From NCBI GenBank assembly GCA_051418015.1, contig JBPRGF010000031.1, forward strand, positions 96,001-160,000: DNA of 64,000 bases. Reading direction: 5' to 3'. Numbering within the stretch: the stretch's first letter is position 1; each line of letters begins with the position of its first letter. Position numbers and translations under genes: made by a program. Below the pieces are notes generated by a model that worked only from the letters and a program-made list of their open reading frames with translations, was not told the origin of the DNA and ran no database searches. This document shows positions 47,024 through 56,429 of the stretch, piece after piece. The DNA is from Candidatus Nitrospinota bacterium M3_3B_026. Lineage in GTDB: Bacteria; Nitrospinota_A; UBA7883; JBPRGF01.

Positions 47024-48486
47024 CGTCTCAGCGCGCCGTCTTCCCCATCCCCGCCCTGTCCGGGGACGGCCTCCCATCCCTCGACCCCAAGCTCCCTGAT
47101 CTTCTTGGTGAGGGTGTTCCTGTTCATGCCCAGCAGCCGGGCCGCGGGGACGCGCGCCCCGCCGGTCTTCCGCAAAGCGTCTTCTATGAGCGCTTTCTCG
47201 ACCCGCCCTACCACCTCGTAGTAGACCTTTCCCTCCCCCGCCGCGGCGGCGGCCCGCTGGACGGCCCTCTTGAGATCGCCGCCGCGGTCCGGCCCTCCCG
47301 CCACGCCGCCAAGCTCCGGGGGGAGAGAGTCCAGGGTTATGGCGCCGCCGGGGGACATGATGACCGCTCTCCTGAGAACGTTCTCGAGTTCACGGACGTT
47401 GCCCGGCCAGTCATGGACCGCGAGCAGCTCCATCGCCTGGGGGGTCACGGTTTTTGGTTTTTCGTTGAAGGCGCGGGCTATCTTCGAGAGGATATGCTCC
47501 GTCAGCAGCGGTATGTCCTCCGTCCGCTTTCGCAGCGGCGGCAGGCTTATGTGTATGACGTTCAGCCTGTGATACAGGTCCTCGCGGAACCGGCCCGCCG
47601 CCACGTCCGAGGCCAGATCCCTGTTCGTCGCCGCCAGCACCCTCACGTCCACCCTGACCGGCCTCGTCCCCCCAACGGAGTAAAGCTCCCCGTCCTGCAG
47701 GACGCGCAACATCTTCGCCTGCAGGTCCGCGGGCATGTCGCCTATCTCGTCGAGGAGGATCACCCCCCCGCTCGCGGCCTGGAACTTGCCGGTCTTGTCC
47801 TCCACGGCGCCGGTGAAGGCGCCCTTGACGTGGCCGAAAAGCTCCGACTCCAGCAGGTCCTTCGGTATCGCCGCGCAGTTCACCGTGACGAAGGGCCCGC
47901 CCGCCCGGGGCGAGTTCGCGCTCAAAGCCCGGGCGACCAGCTCCTTGCCCGCGCCCGTGGGGCCGGTTATCAACACCGTCGCGTCCGCCCCCGCGGCCCT
48001 GCCGATGAGCTTGAACACCTCCTGCATCGCAGGCGACCTCCCCACGATCTCGTCCCCCGGCGCGGCCGGCTCGGCGGATTTCAGCTCCGCCAGCTCCCGG
48101 GCCATCCGCCTGTATTCCATGACCCTGTCCACGAGTATCTCCACCTCGTCCAGGTCGAAAGGTTTCGTGAGGTAGTCGAAGGCGCCTTTCTGCATCGCCT
48201 TGATGGCGTTGCCCATCGTCGCCTCCGCCGTCATCATGACGACAGACGGCGCGGCGGGGCGCTTCCTGATCTTTTCGAGCAGGTCCAGCCCGGAGCCGTC
48301 CGGCAGGACGATGTCCACGAAGGCCAGCGAATACCCCCCTTCGTTCAGGAGTTCCTCCGCCTCGGCCACGGTCTCCGCCGTGTCGACGTGGAAGTCCCTG
48401 CGGGCGAGGTCCCGGGACAGGACTATCCTCAGGGTCCTCTCGTCATCCAGGACGAGTATCTTTTTTTTCTCTTCCTTTTCGTTCAT
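47020..48486 (-). CDS. Sigma54-dependent response regulator (NtrC-like)
   Basis: REC, GPTGAGKELVA, ESELFGH.KGAFTGA, WPGNVRELEN, HTH LGMNRNTLTKKI resembling NtrC. Confidence 0.92.
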   Translation of the reverse strand: MNEKEEKKKILVLDDERTLRIVLSRDLARRDFHVDTAETVAEAEELLNEGGYSLAFVDIVLPDGSGLDLLEKIRKRPAAPSVVMMTAEATMGNAIKAMQKGAFDYLTKPFDLDEVEILVDRVMEYRRMARELAELKSAEPAAPGDEIVGRSPAMQEVFKLIGRAAGADATVLITGPTGAGKELVARALSANSPRAGGPFVTVNCAAIPKDLLESELFGHVKGAFTGAVEDKTGKFQAASGGVILLDEIGDMPADLQAKMLRVLQDGELYSVGGTRPVRVDVRVLAATNRDLASDVAAGRFREDLYHRLNVIHISLPPLRKRTEDIPLLTEHILSKIARAFNEKPKTVTPQAMELLAVHDWPGNVRELENVLRRAVIMSPGGAITLDSLPPELGGVAGGPDRGGDLKRAVQRAAAAAGEGKVYYEVVGRVEKALIEDALRKTGGARVPAARLLGMNRNTLTKKIRELGVEGWEAVPGQGGDGEDGALRR

Positions 48487-48589
48487 GCGATCCCGGCCGC
48501 GCGGCCTGAAATTAAAATCAATTTCAGTTTATCATCAGTATGCGCTAGGATTATCGCCGAACGAGGGTTCTTTGAGAAACGGAGACTTC

Positions 48590-49633
48590 ATGAACGACCC
48601 GATGACCTACCGGTCCTCCGGGGTGGACATAGACGCCGGAGCGGAGGCGGTCCGCAGGATAAAAGAAGCGGTCAAGGCCACCCACGGGCCCGCCGTGCTC
48701 ACCGGGGTCGGGAGCTTCGGCTCCCTTTTCGACCTATCGGAGGTGTTGAAAGATTACAGGGAGCCGGCGCTGGTCCAGAGCGTGGACGGCGTCGGCACCA
48801 AGCTTATGGTGGCCGCCATGGCGGGGCGGTACGACAGCGTGGGCGTGGACATCGTGAACCACTGCCTCAACGACATCCTGTGCCAGGGCGCGAAGGGCTT
48901 GACTTTCCTTGACTACATCGCCGTGGAGACCCTGCGGCCCGAAATGGCCCAGGGGCTGGTGGGGGGGATGGCCCGGGCCTGCGCCGAGGCGGGCGTGGCG
49001 CTCGTTGGCGGGGAGACGGCGGAGCTGCCGGGGATATACGTGAAGGGCGAGTATGACCTCGCCGGGGTCATCACCGGCGTGGTGGAAAAGTCGAAAATAA
49101 TAACCGGCCGGAACATCGCCCCCGGCGACGCGATCGTGGGGCTGCCCTCCAGCGGGCTCCACACGAACGGCTACACCCTGGCCCGAAGGGTCATCTTCGG
49201 CAAGCTTGAGATGACGATGGACACCATCCCGCGGGAGCTTGGAAAACCCGTGGGGGAGGAGCTTCTGGAGCCGCACCGGGACTACTCGAAGGCGCTGTGG
49301 CCACTTCTCCAGAAGTTCGACGTGAAAGGGCTCGCGCACATCACCGGCGGCGGGCTCATCGACAACATCCCCAGGATACTGCCGTCCGGCGTGGACGCGG
49401 CGATAAAACTTTCGGCGTGGGAGACTCCCGCCATATTCCGCCTGATCCAGGAAGGCGGAGACGTCCCCGCCGATGACATGTACAGAACGTTCAACATGGG
49501 GATGGGGATGGTGGCCGTGACCGGCCCGGACGAGGCGCAGGGGCTGATGGACGGCTTGCGCGGCGCGGGACACGGCCCAGTGGTCATCGGGGAAATAGTG
49601 GAAGGATCGGGCGTTGTGAGGCTGCTTAAGTGA
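48590..49633 (+). CDS. purM: Phosphoribosylformylglycinamidine cyclo-ligase
   Basis: YRSSGVDI, DGVGTK, GGETAELP, SSGLHTNGY, HITGGG, RTFNMG. Confidence 0.97.
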   Translation: MNDPMTYRSSGVDIDAGAEAVRRIKEAVKATHGPAVLTGVGSFGSLFDLSEVLKDYREPALVQSVDGVGTKLMVAAMAGRYDSVGVDIVNHCLNDILCQGAKGLTFLDYIAVETLRPEMAQGLVGGMARACAEAGVALVGGETAELPGIYVKGEYDLAGVITGVVEKSKIITGRNIAPGDAIVGLPSSGLHTNGYTLARRVIFGKLEMTMDTIPRELGKPVGEELLEPHRDYSKALWPLLQKFDVKGLAHITGGGLIDNIPRILPSGVDAAIKLSAWETPAIFRLIQEGGDVPADDMYRTFNMGMGMVAVTGPDEAQGLMDGLRGAGHGPVVIGEIVEGSGVVRLLK

Positions 49634-49655
49634 ACTCCGCTGGCGAAGGGCCTTG

Positions 49656-50255
49656 TCAGGCCGCCGGGCCGGAGGGTTTGGAGCCTCCGTTTATGAGGTC
49701 CTTGAAGTAGTCCACCACTTCGGGCGAGTCCCACTCCCTCATGCCGTTGGCCTTGCTCACAATCCGCCCCTCGGGGTCGATTATGTACGTCTGGGGTATG
49801 CTCACGATCCCGTACATTCTGCTTGTTTTGTTGTCGCGGTCTAGCAGGACCGTGAAATCAAGCCCCATCTCCTCCACGAACTGGCGCACCCTCTCCGCGG
49901 GCAGGTCGTCGATGCTGATGGCGACCATCTCGAAAGGCTTGCCCGCAAGCTTTTTGTGGAGCTTGTTCATCATGGGCATCTCCACGACGCAGGGGCCGCA
50001 CCATGTGGCCCAGAAGTTGACGAACACCCATTTGCCCCGCAGGTTTGACAGGGAGATATCCCCGCCGGAGATAGAGGGAAGCGTGAAATCCGGCGCGACA
50101 ACATCCTCCTTGGCGGCCAGCGCGGCGCCGACGGACGACCCCGCCTCCGCGGCGCGCCCCCGCTTGTCGATGTCGGCCGAAGCGGCCATGTAACCCAGCG
50201 CGAAGGTCGCCGCCAGGACGAGGAATGTCCTCCCTCCGAAAATATCCTTTTTCAT
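49656..50255 (-). CDS. TlpA/ResA-family thiol:disulfide oxidoreductase
   Basis: APDFTL, VNFWATWCGPCVVEMP, IPQTYIID. Confidence 0.93.
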   Translation of the reverse strand: MKKDIFGGRTFLVLAATFALGYMAASADIDKRGRAAEAGSSVGAALAAKEDVVAPDFTLPSISGGDISLSNLRGKWVFVNFWATWCGPCVVEMPMMNKLHKKLAGKPFEMVAISIDDLPAERVRQFVEEMGLDFTVLLDRDNKTSRMYGIVSIPQTYIIDPEGRIVSKANGMREWDSPEVVDYFKDLINGGSKPSGPAA

Positions 50256-50299
50256 CTTCCGTTTCCAGCCCCCGGTTGTCTTAAGTATATATGAAAATT

Positions 50300-50325
50300 T
50301 TGACGCAAACGCCCTTCCGCGTCAA
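50300..50325. promoter_or_regulatory. Inverted repeat TTGACGC-N12-GCGTCAA (candidate operator)
   Basis: Perfect 7-bp arms between divergent tlpA and csgG-like genes, upstream of a TGTTATAAT -10-like box. Confidence 0.4.
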
Positions 50326-50385
50326 CACCGGGGTAAGAGCGCGTGTTATAATTCTGCCCATCTCATGCAGGTACCAGATAAACAA

Positions 50386-50415
50386 ATCAATGAATATCAG
50401 ATCAATGAATATCAG
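50386..50415 (+). repeat. Exact 15-bp tandem duplication ATCAATGAATATCAG x2
   Basis: Read directly; lies in the leader of the csgG-like gene. Confidence 0.9.
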
Positions 50416-50433
50416 ACTCGCAGGGAGGATTTC

Positions 50434-51147
50434 ATGAAAAAGATTCTGTCCTTTGCCGGGCTGTTGGCCCTGGCATCCATCCTCACGGCGGTCCCGGCCG
50501 AGGCGGCCAAGCCTATCCTGGCCGTAGATGAGTTCAAGAACGACACCCGCGCCCACTGGTGGAAAGGCGGTACCGGGCGCGACCTCGCCGGAATGCTGAC
50601 CAACGAGCTGGCCGCCGGGGGCAAGCTGAAGATGGTCGAGCGCAAGAAGCTGGAGTCGGTCCTGAAGGAGCAGGACCTTGGCGCCTCCGGCAGGATACGC
50701 AAAGACACCGCCGCCCAGATCGGCAAGCTGACGGGCGCGCAGTACCTTGTGATGGGCACCGTCACCGCCTTCGAGGAGGACACCTCCAAAGTCGGCGGGG
50801 GCTTGAGTTTCAAGGGTTTCTCTCTAGGCGGCAAGAAAAAGAAGGCTTACTTGGCCGTGGACCTGCGGGTCGTGAACACGACGACGGGCGACATCAGCTT
50901 CACCAGGACCGTCGAGGCATCCTCCAGCGGCGGGGGCCTGAGCCTCGGCGTGTTCAGGGGCGGATTCGGCGGAACCCTCGGCGGGGAGGAAAAGACTCCC
51001 GTGGGGAAAGCCATCCGCGCCTGCGTGATCGAGATCTCCGAATACCTGGAGTGCATGATGGTCAAGAAGGACTCATGTATGCAGGAGTACGAGGCGAAGG
51101 AGGAGCGGCGCAGGGAGAGAACCAAAGGCGCCATAGAGCTCGAATAG
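50434..51147 (+). CDS. CsgG/HfaB-family periplasmic protein
   Basis: Signal peptide; MVER..LESVLKEQDL..SG, GKLTGAQYLVMGTVT, VDLRVVNTTTG; GGAGG Shine-Dalgarno. Confidence 0.82.
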   Translation: MKKILSFAGLLALASILTAVPAEAAKPILAVDEFKNDTRAHWWKGGTGRDLAGMLTNELAAGGKLKMVERKKLESVLKEQDLGASGRIRKDTAAQIGKLTGAQYLVMGTVTAFEEDTSKVGGGLSFKGFSLGGKKKKAYLAVDLRVVNTTTGDISFTRTVEASSSGGGLSLGVFRGGFGGTLGGEEKTPVGKAIRACVIEISEYLECMMVKKDSCMQEYEAKEERRRERTKGAIELE

Positions 51148-51166
51148 CGGCGATACGCACTTGATG

Positions 51167-51202
51167 GCCGGGCTCCGGGCTTTCGCGGGCCCGGCTTTTT
51201 TT
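51167..51202 (+). terminator. Intrinsic terminator
   Basis: GCCGGGC...GCCCGGC followed by T7, downstream of the csgG-like gene. Confidence 0.7.
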
Positions 51203-51226
51203 GCGCAAAGAAGGGGGGGGCCGGCC

Positions 51227-51862
51227 TTACCCTACAAAAAACCTCAGCGCCGCGAAGCCGAGGATCAACAGGGCGGCGAAGGCCCACGAAAGCACGGTTA
51301 TGTACTTATCGATGAAGGCGCGGATGGCCGGACCGAAAAAGTAGACTAAAACCCCCTCGGTGTAGAACCTCAGCCCCCGGCCCGCGATCGAAGCCAGGAT
51401 GAAGGTTAAGAACCCGACCTCAAAAGCCCCCGCGGCTATGGTGAAGACTTTATAGGGGATCGGCGACACGCCCGCCACCAGCGCCACCAGCGCGTTGTAT
51501 TCCTCGTACAGGCCCTGGATGCTCGTGTACTTTTCCGCCAGGCCGTAAAACTCTATGATCCTGAGCCCCACGGTCTCTATGAAAAAGCGTCCGATGAAAT
51601 ATCCAAAGGCCCCGCCAAGGACCGACCCGGCCGTGCATACCGTGGCGTACCATATCGCCCTGGCGGGCTTCGAGAGCCCCAACGCGAGGAGCAGCGGATC
51701 CGGCGGGATCGGGAAAAAAGAGGACTCCGCGAAGGAAAGGATGAAAAGGGCCGGGGTCCCGTAGGGCGTCTCTGCCCAAGAGAGGACCCAGCCGTAAAGT
51801 TTTTTGAGGAGCCCCTCCTTGGCACGTCGGGAGACCGTCGTTGTTTCACCGTCGCTTGTCAT
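51227..51862 (-). CDS. YqaA/DedA-family membrane protein
   Basis: SFAESSFFPIPPD, GSVLGG..GY.IG, PIPYKVFTIAAG, GRGLRF. Confidence 0.92.
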   Translation of the reverse strand: MTSDGETTTVSRRAKEGLLKKLYGWVLSWAETPYGTPALFILSFAESSFFPIPPDPLLLALGLSKPARAIWYATVCTAGSVLGGAFGYFIGRFFIETVGLRIIEFYGLAEKYTSIQGLYEEYNALVALVAGVSPIPYKVFTIAAGAFEVGFLTFILASIAGRGLRFYTEGVLVYFFGPAIRAFIDKYITVLSWAFAALLILGFAALRFFVG

Positions 51863-51987
51863 CGGAGTATTTTACAGGCCGTTTCCCTTCCTTGCACAGG
51901 AAAAGCCCGGCGCGGCCGAAGCGGATTGATATTAAAATGAAAGGATGCCATATTTGTTTTTGTAACGGCCCGGAATAATCTGAGAAT

Positions 51988-54708
51988 ATGGCTGACACAC
52001 AGGAAACCGCCCCCATGCCCTCCCTGGCGCAGACCAGGGTGGACTGGAGCGCCTTGGACGTCCCCACCCTGGAGGACCTCCTCAAGACCTCCGAAAAGGG
52101 CCTGACGGAGGCCGAAGCGGCCGAGAGGCTGAGGATATACGGCCCCAACCAGCTTCCGCGCAAACCGCCGCCATCCCTGCGGGAGATACTCCTGCGGCAG
52201 TTCAAAAGCCCGCTCATCTACATACTCGCCATAGCCGCCGTTGTCTCCATGGCCATCGGCGAGCTTACGGACACCGCCTTCATCGCCGTGGTGCTGCTCT
52301 TGAACGCGGCCATAGGAGGATACCAGGAGTGGCGCGCGGAAAGGAGCGCCCAGGCGCTCCAGAAGCTTTTGAGGATAAGGGCTACCGTCGAGCGGGACGG
52401 CGAAATAAAAGAGATCAGCGCCGAAGAGATCGCGCCGGGGGACGTGGTGTGGCTCGAGTCCGGGGGGCGTGTTCCGGCGGATATGCGTCTTCTGATGACC
52501 CACGGGCTGGAGGTGGACGAGTCGCTGCTGACGGGGGAGTCCATCCCGGTGCTGAAAGACGCCAAGGCGAGCCTGGACGCCGCGACGCCGCTTGCCGACC
52601 AGCGGAACATGGCCTATGCCGGCTCGATAGTGACCCGCGGGCGCGGGAAAGGCGTCGTGGTGGCGACGGGGATGGCCACCGCCGTGGGCCAGCTGGCCCT
52701 GGACGTGGTCGGCAGACCCGCTGGCAAGCCGCCGCTTATCGTGCGAATGGAGCGGTTCAGCAAGACCGTCGCCGTCATTGTCCTCCTGGCCGCGGTGGTC
52801 GTGGGGCTCGTGGGGGTGTTCGGCCGCGGCTATGGCGTGGGCCAGATGTTCATGTTCGGCGTGGCGCTCGCCGTCTCGGCCATTCCGGAGGGGCTGCCGG
52901 TAGCGCTGACGGTGGCCCTTGCCGTGGCCACGACCCGGATGGCCCGCCGGGGTATCATCGTGCGCAGGCTGGCGGCCGTGGAGGGGCTGGGAAGCTGCGA
53001 GCTCATAGCGAGCGACAAAACAGGGACACTCACGAAAAACGAGCTTACCGTCCGCGAGATAATGTTAAGCGACGGACGGGCCTTACCGGTCACCGGCGAA
53101 GGGTTCACCCCGGAGGGATACGCTCTCGAAGGCGACAGAAAGATAAGAAGCGGGCAGATACCGCTTCTCGACCGCCTCGCCCTGGCCGCGGCGCTCTGCA
53201 ACGAGGCGGACTTGCATATGAAGAACAGTGAATGGGTCTGGCGCGGCGACCCTACGGACATAGCCCTGCTCTCCCTGGCCGGCAAGTTGGGGCTCGATCA
53301 CGAAGAGGCGTTCGAAAGATACCCCCAGGTGAACGAAATACCATACGAGCCGGAGCACAAGTTCGCCGCCACCTACCACGAGGCCGGTGGCGAGACCCAC
53401 ATCTTCATAAAAGGCGCGCCGGAGCGCGTTGTGACGATGTTGCGGGATGGCGGCGATAGGTCTTTCAACGAAGATTTCCTGCGGGCCGCCGAAAAGATGG
53501 CGGGAAAAGGATACCGCGTCCTGGCCCTGGCCGCCGGCCGCGCTCCCGCCGGGCTGGAGCCCGAGCAGGCGCCGCCGGAGCCCTCGGACCTTGAGTTCCT
53601 GGGGTTCGTGGGGATGATGGACCCCCTGCGCCACGGCGTCCGCGAGGCGATACAGGAAAGCCACGGCGCAGGAATATCGGTGATTATGATAACCGGCGAC
53701 CACCCCGTCACGGCTTTTGCCATAGCGCGCGACCTCGGCCTTGCCGAGGGGCCGGAGGAAGTCGTGACGGGAACGGACCTTGCCGGGAAGGCGCCGGAAG
53801 AGCTCGACGAGATCGTCCGAACGAAGCGCGTCTTCGCCAGGATAACATCGAGGCAGAAGCTGGAAATCGTGGAAGCGGCCCGGCGCGGCGGGATGTTCGT
53901 CGCCGTCACCGGCGACGGCGTCAATGACGCCCCGGCGCTACGGGCGGCCAACATCGGCGTGGCCATGGGCAAAGCGGGGACGGACGTGGCCAGGGAGGCG
54001 GCGGAGCTTGTGATAAGCGACGACAACTTCGCCACCATCGTGGCGGGAGTGGAAGAGGGCAGGATCGCCTACGACAACGTCCGCAAGGTCATATACCTTC
54101 TCGTCTCCACCGGCGCGGCGGAGGTCATCATGGTGACCATGGCCGTGGCCGCCGGGATGCCGATCCCGCTGCTGCCGGCGCAGCTTCTGTGGCTGAACCT
54201 TGTGACCAACGGTATACAGGACGTCGCGCTGGCTTTCGAGCCGGGGGAGGGGGATGTCTTGAAACGCAAACCAAGGCCGCAGAGAGAACGGATATTCAAC
54301 AGGCTCATGATAGAGCGAACCGCCGTGGCCGCGGCGGTGATGGGCCTTGTGGGCTTCGGCCTTTTCTGGTGGGCGCTCAGGGCCGGGTGGGCCGAGGATT
54401 CGGCCCGCAACGCCCTGCTTCTGCTGATGGTGCTCTTCGAGAACATACACATAGCCAACTGCCGCTCGGAGACGAAGTCCGCTTTCCGTATCCCGCTTTT
54501 CAGCAACCCCATCCTGCTTTTCGGCGTGGCGGCGGCCTTCACCCTGCACGTCATGATGATGTACGCCCCCATGGGACACGCCGCGCTCAGAACCGAGCCT
54601 GCCTCCGCCGCCACGTGGGCCGCGGCGCTCATCCTGGCCCTGACCGTCCTCGCCGCCATGGAGATCCACAAGAGATCGTGGGCCGCCAGGACGAATGCGA
54701 AGGGCTGA
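51988..54708 (+). CDS. Type IIA P-type ATPase (Ca2+-type cation pump)
   Basis: TGES, IPEGLP, DKTGTLT, KGAPE, TGD, GDGVNDAPAL, QLLWLNLVT. Confidence 0.95.
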   Translation: MADTQETAPMPSLAQTRVDWSALDVPTLEDLLKTSEKGLTEAEAAERLRIYGPNQLPRKPPPSLREILLRQFKSPLIYILAIAAVVSMAIGELTDTAFIAVVLLLNAAIGGYQEWRAERSAQALQKLLRIRATVERDGEIKEISAEEIAPGDVVWLESGGRVPADMRLLMTHGLEVDESLLTGESIPVLKDAKASLDAATPLADQRNMAYAGSIVTRGRGKGVVVATGMATAVGQLALDVVGRPAGKPPLIVRMERFSKTVAVIVLLAAVVVGLVGVFGRGYGVGQMFMFGVALAVSAIPEGLPVALTVALAVATTRMARRGIIVRRLAAVEGLGSCELIASDKTGTLTKNELTVREIMLSDGRALPVTGEGFTPEGYALEGDRKIRSGQIPLLDRLALAAALCNEADLHMKNSEWVWRGDPTDIALLSLAGKLGLDHEEAFERYPQVNEIPYEPEHKFAATYHEAGGETHIFIKGAPERVVTMLRDGGDRSFNEDFLRAAEKMAGKGYRVLALAAGRAPAGLEPEQAPPEPSDLEFLGFVGMMDPLRHGVREAIQESHGAGISVIMITGDHPVTAFAIARDLGLAEGPEEVVTGTDLAGKAPEELDEIVRTKRVFARITSRQKLEIVEAARRGGMFVAVTGDGVNDAPALRAANIGVAMGKAGTDVAREAAELVISDDNFATIVAGVEEGRIAYDNVRKVIYLLVSTGAAEVIMVTMAVAAGMPIPLLPAQLLWLNLVTNGIQDVALAFEPGEGDVLKRKPRPQRERIFNRLMIERTAVAAAVMGLVGFGLFWWALRAGWAEDSARNALLLLMVLFENIHIANCRSETKSAFRIPLFSNPILLFGVAAAFTLHVMMMYAPMGHAALRTEPASAATWAAALILALTVLAAMEIHKRSWAARTNAKG

Positions 54709-54789
54709 CCCGGGAGGGACGGGAAAAACGCGTCTTCGCCGTTTATGTTATAAAATAGGCTTTAACCTAATCTGAGCGAAAAACGGGCG

Positions 54790-56235
54790 GTGGATAAGTT
54801 TAAGGAAGAGTGCGCCGTGTTCGCCGTTTACGGCCATCCGGAGGCGGCGAACCTGACATACTTGGGGCTTTATGCCCTCCAGCATCGCGGGCAGGAGTCC
54901 TCCGGCATCGTCTCCTCCAACGGTCTGCGCCACTTTGCCGAGGTGGGGATGGGCCTGGTGTCGGAGATTTTCGACGAACAGAGGATATCCCGCCTCAAGG
55001 GCGCCGCGGCTATCGGCCACAACCGGTATTCCACCCATGGCGAGTCGCTGCTTAAAAACTCCCAGCCCATGGCGATCGAATACTCCCACGGCCCCCTGGC
55101 CATGGCCCACAACGGCAACCTCATAAACGCTGGGTCGATACGGAGCAGGCTGGAGGAGGAAGGCTCCATCTTCCGCTCCACCATGGACTCGGAGGTGATA
55201 ATCCACCTGATCGCCAAAAGCAGGAAAAGACGCCTGCAGGACAGGGTCGTGGAGGCGCTCTCCCGCGTTGAGGGGGCCTATTCGCTGGCCATCATGGACG
55301 CCCGCGAGCTTGTCATAGCGCGGGATCCGCGCGGCTTCCGCCCTCTGGCCATGGGCAGGCTGGGGAACTCTTACGTCTTCGCATCGGAGACCTGCGCCTT
55401 CGATCTGATCGACGCGAAATTCGTCCGGGAGGTGGAGCCGGGCGAGGTGATCGTCGTGAACGAGGGGGGGCTCGTGAGCTACTTCCCCTTCGAAGAGGCT
55501 CCAAGGCGGCACTGTGTCTTCGAGTTCATATACTTTTCCCGGCCGGACTCGAACATATTCGGCGCCAACGTCCACAACACGCGGAAGGAGTTCGGCCGCC
55601 AACTCGCCCGGGAAAAGCCGGTCGACGCGGACATAGTGGTCCCCGTGCCGGATTCCGGGGTGGTGGCGGCGCTGGGATACGCCGAAGCCTCCGGCATCCC
55701 CTTCGAGAAGGGGATCATAAGAAACCACTACGTGGGCAGGACTTTCATAGAGCCGACCCAGTCCATCCGCCATTTCGGGGTGAAGATAAAGCTCAACCCC
55801 GTGCGGGACGTCATAAAAGACAGAAAAGTTATCCTGGTGGACGACTCCATAGTCCGCGGGACGACCTCCCGCAAGCTGGTTAAGATGGTCCGCGACGCCG
55901 GGGCCAAGGAGGTCCACATGCGGATATCCTCCCCGCCGACGACTCATTCATGTTTTTACGGCATAGACACCCCCGCCAGGACGGAGCTTATCGCCGCCAC
56001 TTACAGCATGACGGAGATATCGGATTTTCTGAGGGCGGACTCCCTGGAGTACCTGAGCATCGAGGGGATGATGAAGGCATTGCGGGGCAGGGAGGGAGAC
56101 TTTTGCAAGGCCTGTTTCGACGGCGATTACCCCATCACCACGCCCGCCATCGAGACGCAGATGGAGCTTCTGGAAAACGGCCCCGCGCCCAAAAGGGCCG
56201 GGGAAGAGAAAAAATCTGAAGCGATCTTCGAGTGA
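54790..56235 (+). CDS. purF: Amidophosphoribosyltransferase (propeptide, Fe-S type)
   Basis: EEC processing site, LQHRGQE, HNRYST, HNGNL, VDDSIVRGTTS, CKACF. Confidence 0.98.
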   Translation: MDKFKEECAVFAVYGHPEAANLTYLGLYALQHRGQESSGIVSSNGLRHFAEVGMGLVSEIFDEQRISRLKGAAAIGHNRYSTHGESLLKNSQPMAIEYSHGPLAMAHNGNLINAGSIRSRLEEEGSIFRSTMDSEVIIHLIAKSRKRRLQDRVVEALSRVEGAYSLAIMDARELVIARDPRGFRPLAMGRLGNSYVFASETCAFDLIDAKFVREVEPGEVIVVNEGGLVSYFPFEEAPRRHCVFEFIYFSRPDSNIFGANVHNTRKEFGRQLAREKPVDADIVVPVPDSGVVAALGYAEASGIPFEKGIIRNHYVGRTFIEPTQSIRHFGVKIKLNPVRDVIKDRKVILVDDSIVRGTTSRKLVKMVRDAGAKEVHMRISSPPTTHSCFYGIDTPARTELIAATYSMTEISDFLRADSLEYLSIEGMMKALRGREGDFCKACFDGDYPITTPAIETQMELLENGPAPKRAGEEKKSEAIFE

Positions 56236-56284
56236 CACCGCCTCTCCTTCGTTTCCTGCTTGAGAAAACAAGGGCTTGTGCTTC

Positions 56285-56312
56285 GGCGGTTTTTCCGCCT
56301 ATAAAAACCGCC
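56285..56312. repeat. Perfect 10-bp inverted repeat between purF and dnaB
   Basis: GGCGGTTTTT-N8-AAAAACCGCC. Confidence 0.6.
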
Positions 56313-56429
56313 AATATTGTCTCTTTAACCCCGATCTCCGCGTGGTTATAATCACGTGTCCGCGGGCGGCTTTGGAACAAGGCGCGCGCGGCTTTCGGAT
56401 TTTTTCATGAAAATTTTTCCAGACCTGAA

